Part shown: positions 52,501-64,000 of the stretch, piece by piece
Layout: every line of letters begins with the position of its first letter
Numbering within the stretch: position 1 is the stretch's first letter
Assembly: GCA_965235115.1 (NCBI GenBank)
Contig: OZ249436.1
Span: 25,484,001 to 25,548,000 of the forward strand
DNA: 64,000 nucleotides
Source of the DNA: Laetmonice hystrix
Lineage: Eukaryota
Direction: 5' to 3'
Position numbers and translations under genes: made by a program
Notes under the pieces: model-generated
The model's input: only the letters and a program-made list of their open reading frames with translations
Databases searched by the model: none
Told to the model about the DNA's origin: nothing

Positions 52501-55500
52501 CTCACTGTGCCAATAATCCGCCACAAGGCAAATTCAGTCAATGCAAGCTGGAAAATCGAATGTCAAACCTAATGCTCCCCCCCCCCCAGCACGTTAACTG
52601 AAAATAATCAACTAGCTTGAAAACTAGAATATAGCTTTGTTTAGCTAACAATCTACTCTCCCAGCGCCATCAACTCGCATACAGGCGTAAAAGCAAACGC
52701 ACTGCCCCATATAATGCTCCCAGCCTAAAGCGATGTTGCAATTAATTTAAAATTAACAAGATGCACTAGTAATCCGATCCAAGCCTAATTACGTCATTGC
52801 TAGTTTCATAACCAAATCTCACAGAAAATACCCCACCCGGGCACATAACCTGAAAATATTCAACTTTTATCTCCAATGTATCCCTGTGCACCTAGTAGCA
52901 CCCAAGCGGGCCCAATTTTGACATTCCAACACAAATACCGCAAATAGCCGCCTAATGGCACAAAAAACTTTCTACCCCGTTGCAAGTCACATTAGCTTGC
53001 TGCTTGTCGTAAAAAATGGTGCAGACCATTTCTAAAGTCACAGTACCCCACTCCCGGCCTAATATTACGTTTCAGTATCCATATACGCTGCAAGCGGCAG
53101 GAACTCGAATACAGGCCTAAAAGTAACCCCAGTCTAGCAATATCATACTCCCATGCCATATACGAGCTTGTAATTATCTTTAATTAATGGGCTCCGCAGC
53201 ACCAACCCACTGCATTAACATTTGTTTAACAGCTTAACGCACCTTGTAAAATTTGTTCAAGTGCGTAAAAATGCGTGTCCACCTCCACATACTTTAAAAA
53301 TCACTATACCCACCCAGCGACATCCACTCTAATACACGCCTAAAAGGAACTTCACTGTCCCATTTGATTCTCCAGCACGTATAGGATGTTTCAAGTAACA
53401 TTCATCCACGGTCTGGCCCAATAACGTGCAACAAGGCATAGTAAGTCAATGCGAGCTCGCATGTCAAACCTAACCCGCCCCCCAGCACATGAGCTGAAAA
53501 TATTCAAATAGCTTGAAAACTAGAATATAGCTTTGCTTAATACCATTATACCATCAACTCGCATTACAGGCCTAATGCGAAGCTCCCAGCCTAAAACGAG
53601 TTTCCAATTAATTTAAAGTTAACAAGATGCACCAATAATCGATTCCAAGCCTAATTAGGCCATTGCTAGTTGGATAACCAAATCTCATACAAAATACACC
53701 CTCCCGGCAGATGACCTGAGAATATTCAACTCTTATGTCCGATATATCCCTGTCCGCTTAGTAGCACCCAGCCGGGCCCCCATTTTGACATTGCAACACC
53801 AATACAGCAAGTGCCCAGCTAACAGCACAAATAACAGGATTCAGGGCTTCCTACCACGTTACAAGTCACAATAGATTGCTGCCTGTCGTAAAAATATACC
53901 AGACCATTTTAAAAAGTCACAGAACCCCAATCCGGCCCTAATATGTCACACCCAGTACCAATAGACGCTGGAAGCACCATCAACTGAAATTCAGGCCTAG
54001 AACCCACCTCTCTCTACCAATATCATGCACCTAGTCCGTATACGAGGTTGTAATTTACTTTAATCAACGGGCTGCGCCGCAGCAACCCACTATGGTCTTT
54101 GCAATCTTTTTCAATATGCGTTAACATTTGTGACCAGCTCAACGCGCCTTGTAAAATTTTTCAAAGTGCGTAAAAGTGTGTGTCCACCCCGACACGCTTT
54201 CCAAACCACTATACCCACCGAGCGACATCCACTCAAATACAGGCTTCGACCGATCCTCACTGTGCCAATAATCCGCCACAAGGCAAATTCAGTCAATGCA
54301 AGCTGGAAAATCGAATGTCACACCTAATGCTTCCCCCCCCCCAGCACGTTAACTGAAAATAATCAACTAGCTTGAAAACTAGAATATAGCTTTGTTTAGC
54401 TAACAATCTACTCTCCCAGCGCCATCAACTCGCATACAGGCGTAAAAGCAAACGCACTGCCCCATATAATGCTCCCAGCCTAAAACGATGTTGCAATTAA
54501 TTTAAAATTAACAAGATGCACTAGTCATCCGATCCAAGCCTAATTACGTCATTGCTAGTTTCATAACCAAATCTCACAGAAAATACCCCACCCGGGCACA
54601 TAACCTGAAAATATTCAACTTTTATCTCCAATGTATCCCTGTGCACCTAGTAGCACCCAAGCGAGCCCAATTTTGACATTCCAACACAAATGCCGCAAAT
54701 ACCCGCCTAATGGCACAAAAAACTTTCTACCCCGTTGCAAGTCACATTAGCTTGCTGCTTGTCGTAAAAAATGGTGCAGACCATTTCTAAAGTCACAGTA
54801 CCCCACTCCCGGCCTAATATTACGTTTGAGTATCCATATACGCTGCAAGCGGCAGGAACTCGAATACAGGCCTAAAAGTAACCCCAGTCTAGCAATATCA
54901 TACTCCCATGCCATATACGAGCTTGTAATTATCTTTAATTAATGGGCTCCGCAGCACCAACCCACTGCATTAACATTTGTTTAACAGCTTAACGCACCTT
55001 GTAAAATTTTTTCAAGTGCGTAAAAATGCGTGTCCACCTCCACATACTTTAAAAATCACTATACCCACCCAGCGACATCCACTCTAATACACGCCTAAAA
55101 GGAACTTCACTGTCCCATTTGATTCTCCAGCCCGTATAGGATGTTTCAAGTAACATTCATCCACGGTCTGGCCCAATAACGTGCAACAAGGCATAGTAAG
55201 TCAATGCGAGCTCGCATGTCAAACCTAACCCGCCCCCCAGCACATGAGCTGAAAATATTCAAATAGCTTGAAAACTAGAATATAGCTTTGCTTAATACCA
55301 TTATACCATCAACTCGCATTACAGGCCTAATGCGAAGCTCCCAGCCTAAAACGAGTTTCCAATTAATTTAAAGTTAACAAGATGCACTAATAATCGATTC
55401 CAAGCCTAATTAGGCCATTGCTAGTTGGGTAACCAAATCTCATACAAAATACACCCTCCCGGCAGATGACCTGAGAATATTCAACTCTTATGTCCGATAT

Positions 55501-58500
55501 ATCCCTGTCCGCTTAGTAGCACCCAGCCGGGCCCCCATTTTGACATTGCAACACCAATACAGCAAGTGCCCAGCTAACAGCACAAATAACAGGATTCAGG
55601 GCTTCCTACCACGTTACAAGTCACAATAGATTGCTGCCTGTCGTAAAAATATACCAGACCATTTTAAAAAGTCACAGAACCCCAATCCGGCCCTAATATG
55701 TCACTGCCAGTACCAATAGACGCTGGAAGCACCATCAACTGAAATTCAGGCCTAGAACCCACCTCTCTCTACCAATATCATGCACCTAGTCCGTATACGA
55801 GGTTGTAATTTACTTTAATCAACGGGCTGCGCCGCAGCAACCCACTCTGGTCTTTGCAATCTTTTTCAATATGCGTTAACATTTGTGACCAGCTCAACGC
55901 GCCTTGTAAAATTTTTCAAACTGCGTAAAAGTGTGTGTCCACCCCGACACGCTTTCCAAACCACTATACCCACCGAGCGACATCCACTCAAATACAGGCT
56001 TCGACCGATCCTCACTGTGCCAATAATCCGCCACAAGGCAAATTCAGTCAATGCAAGCTGGAAAATCGAATGTCAAACCTAATGCTCCCCCCCCCCAGCA
56101 CGTTAACTGAAAATAATCAACTAGCTTGAAAACTAGAATATAGCTTTGTTTAGCTAACAATCTACTCTCCCAGCGCCATCAACTCGCATACAGGCGTAAA
56201 AGCAAACGCACTGCCCCATATAATGCTCCCAGCCTAAAGTGATGTTGCAATTAATTTAAAATTAACAAGATGCACTAGTAATCCGATCCAAGCCTAATTA
56301 CGTCATTGCTAGTTTCATAACCAAATCTCACAGAAAATACCCCACCCGGGCACATAACCTGAAAATATTCAACTTTTATCTCCAATGTATCCCTGTGCAC
56401 CTAGTAGCACCCAAGCGGGCCCAATTTTGACATTCCAACACAAATACCGCAAATAGCCGCCTAATGGCACAAAAAACTTTCTACCCCGTTGCAAGTCACA
56501 TTAGCTTGCTGCTTGTCGTAAAAAATGGTGCAGACCATTTCTAAAGTCACAGTACCCCACTCCCGGCCTAATATTACGTTTCAGTATCCATATACGCTGC
56601 AAGCGGCAGGAACTCGAATACAGGCCTAAAAGTAACCCCAGTCTAGCAATATCATACTCCCATGCCATATACGAGCTTGTAATTATCTTTAATTAATGGG
56701 CTCCGCAGCACCAACCCACTGCATTAACATTTGTTTAACAGCTTAACGCACCTTGTAAAATTTGTTCAAGTGCGTAAAAATGCGTGTCCACCTCCACATA
56801 CTTTAAAAATCACTATACCCACCCAGCGACATCCACTCTAATACACGCCTAAAAGGAACTTCACTGTCCCATTTGATTCTCCAGCACGTATAGGATGTTT
56901 CAAGTAACATTCATCCACGGTCTGGCCCAATAACGTGCAACAAGGCATAGTAAGTCAATGCGAGCTCGCATGTCAAACCTAACCCGCCCCCCAGCACATG
57001 AGCTGAAAATATTCAAATAGCTTGAAAACTAGAATATAGCTTTGCTTAATACCATTATACCATCAACTCGCATTACAGGCCTAATGCGAAGCTCCCAGCC
57101 TAAAACGAGTTTCCAATTAATTTAAAGTTAACAAGATGCACTAATAATCGATTCCAAGCCTAATTAGGCCATTGCTAGTTGGATAACCAAATCTCATACA
57201 AAATACACCCTCCCGGCAGATGACCTGAGAATATTCAACTCTTATGTCCGATATATCCCTGTCCGCTTAGTAGCACCCAGCCGGGCCCCCATTTTGACAT
57301 TGCAACACCAATACAGCAAGTGCCCAGCTAACAGCACAAATAACAGGATTCAGGGCTTCCTACCACGTTACAAGTCACAATAGATTGCTGCCTGTCGTAA
57401 AAATATACCAGACCATTTTAAAAAGTCACAGAACCCCAATCCGGCCCTAATATGTCACTCCCAGTACCAATAGACGCTGGAAGCACCATCAACTGAAATT
57501 CAGGCCTAGAACCCACCTCTCTCTACCAATATCATGCACCTAGTCCGTATACGAGGTTGTAATTTACTTTAATCAACGGGCTGCGCCGCAGCAACCCACT
57601 CTGGTCTTTGCAATCTTTTTTAATATGCGTTAACATTTGTGACCAGCTCAACGCGCCTTGTAAAATTTTTCAAAGTGCGTAAAAGTGTGTGTCCACCCCG
57701 ACACGCTTTCCAAACCACTATACCCACCGAGCGACATCCACTCAAATACAGGCTTCGACCGATCCTCACTGTGCCAATAATCCGCCACAAGGCAAATTCA
57801 GTCAATGCAACCTGGAAAATCGAATGTCAAACCTAATGCTCCCCCCCCCAGCACGTTAACTGAAAATAATCAACTAGCTTGAAAACTAGAATATAGCTTT
57901 GTTTAGCTAACAATCTACTCTCCCAGCGCCATCAACTCGCATACAGGCGTAAAAGCAAACGCACTGCCCCATATAATGCTCCCAGCCTAAAGCGATGTTG
58001 CAATTAATTTAAAATTAACAAGATGCACTAGTAATCCGATCCAAGCCTAATTACGTCATTGCTAGTTTCATAACCAAATCTCACAGAAAATACCCCACCC
58101 GGGCACATAACCTGAAAATATTCAACTTTTATCTCCAATGTATCCCTGTGCACCTAGTAGCACCCAAGCGGGCCCAATTTTGACATTCCAACACAAATAC
58201 CGCAAATACCCGCCTAATGGCACAAAAAACTTTCTACCCCGTTGCAAGTCACATTAGCTTGCTGCTTGTCGTAAAAAATGGTGCAGACCATTTCTAAAGT
58301 CACAGTACCCCACTCCCGGCCTAATATTACGTTTCAGTATCCATATACGCTGCAAGCGGCAGGAACTCGAATACAGGCCTAAAAGTAACCCCAGTCTAGC
58401 AATATCATACTCCCATGCCATATACGAGCTTGTAATTATCTTTAATTAATGGGCTCCGCAGCACCAACCCACTGCATTAACATTTGTTTAACAGCTTAAC

Positions 58501-61500
58501 GCACCTTGTAAAATTTGTTCAAGTGCGTAAAAATGCGTGTCCACCTCCACATACTTTAAAAATCACTATACCCACCCAGCGACATCCACTCTAATACACG
58601 CCTAAAAGGAACTTCACTGTCCCATTTGATTCTCCAGCACGTATAGGATGTTTCAAGTAACATTCATCCACGGTCTGGCCCAATAACGTGCAACAAGGCA
58701 TAGTAAGTCAATGCGAGCTCGCATGTCAAACCTAACCCGCCCCCCACCACATGAGCTGAAAATATTCAAATAGCTTGAAAACTAGAATATAGCTTTGCTT
58801 AATACCATTATACCATCAACTCGCATTACAGGCCTAATGCGAAGCTCCCAGCCTAAAACGAGTTTCCAATTAATTTAAAGTTAACAAGATGCACTAATAA
58901 TCGATTCCAAGCCTAATTAGGCCATTGCTAGTTGGATAACCAAATCTCATACAAAATACACCCTCCCGGCAGATGACCTGAGAATATTCAACTCTTATGT
59001 CCGATATATCCCTGTCCGCTTAGTAGCACCCAGCCGGGCCCCCATTTTGACATTGCAACACCAATACAGCAAGTGCCCAGCTAACAGCACAAATAACAGG
59101 ATTCAGGGCTTCCTACCACGTTACAAGTCACAATAGATTGCTGCCTGTCGTAAAAATATACCAGACCATTTTAAAAAGTCACAGAACCCCAATCCGGCCC
59201 TAATATGTCACTCCCAGTACCAATAGACGCTGGAAGCACCATCAACTGAAATTCAGGCCTAGAACCCACCTCTCTCTACCAATATCATGCACCTAGTCCG
59301 TATACGAGGTTGTAATTTACTTTAATCAACGGGCTGCGCCGCAGCAACCCACTCTGGTCTTTGCAATCTTTTTCAATATGCGTTAACATTTGTGACCAGC
59401 TCAACGCACCTTGTAAAATTTTTCAAAGTGCGTAAAAGTGTGTGTCCACCCCGACACGCTTTCCAAACCACTATACCCACCGAGCGACATCCACTCAAAT
59501 ACAGGCTTCGACCGATCCTCACTGTGCCAATAATCCGCCACAAGGCAAATTCAGTCAATGCAAGCTGGAAAATCGAATGTCAAACCTAATGCTCCCCCCC
59601 CAGCACGTTAACTGAAAATAATCAACTAGCTTGAAAACTAGAATATAGCTTTGTTTAGCTAACAATCTACTCTCCCAGCGCCATCAACTCGCATACAGGC
59701 GTAAAAGCAAACGCACTGCCCCATATAATGCTCCCAGCCTAAAGCGATGTTGCAATTAATTTAAAATTAACAAGATGCACTAGTAATCCGATCCAAGCCT
59801 AATTACGTCATTGCTAGTTTCATAACCAAATCTCACAGAAAATACCCCACCCGGGCACATAACCTGAAAATATTCAACTTTTATCTCCAATGTATCCCTG
59901 TGCACCTAGTAGCACCCAAGCGGGCCCAATTTTGACATTCCAACACAAATACCGCAAATAGCCGCCTAATGGCACAAAAAACTTTCTACCCCGTTGCAAG
60001 TCACATTAGCTTGCTGCTTGTCGTAAAAAATGGTGCAGACCATTTCTAAAGTCACAGTACCCCCACTCCCGGCCTAATATTACGTTTCAGTATCCATATA
60101 CGCTGCAAGCGGCAGGAACTCGAAAACAGGCCTAAAAGTAACCCCAGTCTAGCAATATCATACTCCCATGCCATATACGAGCTTGTAATTATCTTTAATT
60201 AATGGGCTCCGCAGCACCAACCCACTGCATTAACATTTGTTTAACAGCTTAACGCACCTTGTAAAATTTGTTCAAGTGCGTAAAAATGCGTGTCCACCTC
60301 CACATACTTTAAAAATCACTATACCCACCCAGCGACATCCACTCTAATACACGCCTAAAAGGAACTTCACTGTCCCATTTGATTCTCCAGCACGTATAGG
60401 ATGTTTCAAGTAACATTCATCCACGGTCTGGCCCAATAACGTGCAACAAGGCATAGTAAGTCAATGCGAGCTCGCATGTCAAACCTAACCCGCCCCCCAG
60501 CACATGAGCTGAAAATATTCAAATAGCTTGAAAACTAGAATATAGCTTTGCTTAATACCATTATACCATCAACTCGCATTACAGGCCTAATGCGAAGCTC
60601 CCAGCCTAAAACGAGTTTCCAATTAATTTAAAGTTAACAAGATGCACTAATAATCGATTCCAAGCCTAATTAGGCCATTGCTAGTTGGATAACCAAATCT
60701 CATACAAAATACACCCTCCCGGCAGATGACCTGAGAATATTCAACTCTTATGTCCGATATATCCCTGTCCGCTTAGTAGCACCCAGCCGGGCCCCCATTT
60801 TGACATTGCAACACCAATACAGCAAGTGCCCAGCTAACAGCACAAATAACAGGATTCAGGGCTTCCTACCACGTTACAAGTCACAATAGATTGCTGCCTG
60901 TCGTAAAAATATACCAGACCATTTTAAAAAGTCACAGAACCCCAATCCGGCCCTAATATGTCACTCCCAGTACCAATAGACGCTGGAAGCACCATCAACT
61001 GAAATTCAGGCCTAGAACCCACCTCTCTCTACCAATATCATGCACCTAGTCCGTATACGAGGTTGTAATTTACTTTAATCAACGGGCTGCGCCGCAGCAA
61101 CCCACTCTGGTCTTTGCAATCTTTTTCAATATGCGTTAACATTTGTGACCAGCTCAACGCGCCTTGTAAAATTTTTCAAAGTGCGTAAAAGTGTGTGTCC
61201 ACCCCGACACGCTTTCCAAACCACTATACCCACCGAGCGACATCCACTCAAATACAGGCTTCGACCGATCCTCACTGTGCCAATAATCCGCCACAAGGCA
61301 AATTCAGTCAATGCAAGATGGAAAATCGAATGTCACACCTAATGCTTCCCCCCCCCCCCCCAGCACGTTAACTGAAAATAATCAACTAGCTTGAAAACTA
61401 GAATATAGCTTTGTTTAGCTAACAATCTACTCTCCCAGCGCCATCAACTCGCATACAGGCGTAAAAGCAAACGCACTGCCCCATATAATGCTCCCAGCCT

Positions 61501-64000
61501 AAAACGATGTTGCAATTAATTTAAAATTAACAAGATGCACTAGTCATCCGATCCAAGCCTAATTACGTCATTGCTAGTTTCATAACCAAATCTCACAGAA
61601 AATACCCCACCCGGGCACATAACCTGAAAATATTCAACTTTTATCTCCAATGTATCCCTGTGCACCTAGTAGCACCCAAGCGAGCCCAATTTTGACATTC
61701 CAACACAAATGCCGCAAATACCCGCCTAATGGCACAAAAAACTTTCTACCCCGTTGCAAGTCACATTAGCTTGCTGCTTGTCGTAAAAAATGGTGCAGAC
61801 CATTTCTAAAGTCACAGTACCCCACTCCCGGCCTAATATTACGTTTGAGTATCCATATACGCTGCAAGCGGCAGGAACTCGAATACAGGCCTAAAAGTAA
61901 CCCCAGTCTAGCAATATCATACTCCCATGCCATATACGAGCTTGTAATTATCTTTAATTAATGGGCTCCGCAGCACCAACCCACTGCATTAACATTTGTT
62001 TAACAGCTTAACGCACCTTGTAAAATTTGTTCAAGTGCGTAAAAATGCGTGTCCACCTCCACATACTTTAAAAATCACTATACCCACCCAGCGACATCCA
62101 CTCTAATACACGCCTAAAAGGAACTTCACTGTCCCATTTGATTCTCCAGCACGTATAGGATGTTTCAAGTAACATTCATCCACGGTCTGGCCCAATAACG
62201 TGCAACAAGGCATAGTAAGTCAATGCGAGCTCGCATGTCAAACCTAACCCGCCCCCCAGCACATGAGCTGAAAATATTCAAATAGCTTGAAAACTAGAAT
62301 ATAGCTTTGCTTAATACCATTATACCATCAACTCGCATTACAGGCCTAATGCGAAGCTCCCAGCCTAAAACGAGTTTCCAATTAATTTAAAGTTAACAAG
62401 ATGCACTAATAATCGATTCCAAGCCTAATTAGGCCATTGCTAGTTGGATAACCAAATCTCATACAAAATACACCCTCCCGGCAGATGACCTGAGAATATT
62501 CAACTCTTATGTCCGATATATCCCTGTCCGCTTAGTAGCACCCAGCCGGGCCCCCATTTTGACATTGCAACACCAATACAGCAAGTGCCCAGCTAACAGC
62601 ACAAATAACAGGATTCAGGGCTTCCTACCACGTTACAAGTCACAATAGATTGCTGCCTGTCGTAAAAATATACCAGACCATTTTAAAAAGTCACAGAACC
62701 CCAATCCGGCCCTAATATGTCACTCCCAGTACCAATAGACGCTGGAAGCACCATCAACTGAAATTCAGGCCTAGAACCCACCTCTCTCTACCAATATCAT
62801 GCACCTAGTCCGTATACGAGGTTGTAATTTACTTTAATCAACGGGCTGCGCCGCAGCAACCCACTCTGGTCTTTGCAATCTTTTTCAATATGCGTTAACA
62901 TTTGTGACCAGCTCAACGCGCCTTGTAAAATTTTTCAAAGTGCGTAAAAGTGTGTGTCCACCCCGACACGCTTTCCAAACCACTATACCCACCGAGCGAC
63001 ATCCACTCAAATACAGGCTTCGACCGATCCTCACTGTGCCAATAATCCGCCACAAGGCAAATTCAGTCAATGCAAGCTGGAAAATCGAATGTCAAACCTA
63101 ATGCTCCCCCCCCCCAGCACGTTAACTGAAAATAATCAACTAGCTTGAAAACTAGAATATAGCTTTGTTTAGCTAACAATCTACTCTCCCAGCGCCATCA
63201 ACTCGCATACAGGCGTAAAAGCAAACGCACTGCCCCATATAATGCTCCCAGCCTAAAGCGATGTTGCAATTAATTTACAATTAACAAGATGCACTAGTAA
63301 TCCGATCCAAGCCTAATTACGTCATTGCTAGTTTCATAACCAAATCTCACAGAAAATACCCCACCCGGGCACATAACCTGAAAATATTCAACTTTTATCT
63401 CCAATGTATCCCTGTGCACCTAGTAGCACCCAAGCGGGCCCAATTTTGACATTCCAACACAAATACCGCAAATAGCCGCCTAATGGCACAAAAAACTTTC
63501 TACCCCGTTGCAAGTCACATTAGCTTGCTGCTTGTCGTAAAAAATGGTGCAGACCATTTCTAAAGTCACAGTACCCCACTCCCGGCCTAATATTACGTTT
63601 CAGTATCCATATACGCTGCAAGCGGCAGGAACTCGAATACAGGCCTAAAAGTAACCCCAGTCTAGCAATATCATACTCCCATGCCATATACGAGCTTGTA
63701 ATTATCTTTAATTAATGGGCTCCGCAGCACCAACCCACTGCATTAACATTTGTTTAACAGCTTAACGCACCTTGTAAAATTTGTTCAAGTGCGTAAAAAT
63801 GCGTGTCCACCTCCACATACTTTAAAAATCACTATACCCACCCAGCGACATCAACTCTAATACACGCCTAAAAGGAACTTCACTGTCCCATTTGATTCTC
63901 CAGCACGTATAGGATGTTTCAAGTAACATTCATCCACGGTCTGGCCCAATAACGTGCAACAAGGCATAGTAAGTCAATGCGAGCTCGCATGTCAAACCTA
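46509..64000. repeat. 1.75-kb macrosatellite array (~10 units), runs off the window end
   Basis: Landmarks at 47111, 48866, 50621, 52375, 54130, 55885, 57639, 59392, 61145 and 62904. Confidence 0.98.

Overview
Eukaryotic (probably invertebrate animal) repeat-rich DNA. The backbone is a head-to-tail macrosatellite of ~1752-1757 bp (about 24 units), itself a dimer of two diverged ~850/~905 bp halves; its small repeated ORFs are not credible genes. Because the satellite gives the empty-site sequence, five insertions can be read exactly (the first only at its right end). (1) The 3' end of a split-direct-repeat element at 1-478. (2) A full 7.5-kb copy of the same family in the opposite orientation at 2823-10368. 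(3) A 1268-bp TTAA-flanked non-autonomous Kolobok-type element with a THAP-start relic at 25550-26817. (4) A 7686-bp TA-flanked IS630/Tc1/mariner element at 29927-37612 with an apparently intact 11-exon, 548-aa DD91E (Sailor-like) transposase that has an N-terminal CCHC knuckle. (5) A second, different 5.0-kb split-direct-repeat element at 41516-46508. Two observations stand out. First, the two Ngaro/DIRS-like non-autonomous families share only a conserved junction: ~16-bp inverted arms around an exactly 29-bp self-complementary spacer, with crossover at AA(T), resembling a folded single-strand att site. Second, a hAT-type MITE inside the transposase can be spliced out precisely using splice sites in its own 8-bp target duplications (intron gain). 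All calls come from reading the sequence by eye; no database searches were run.
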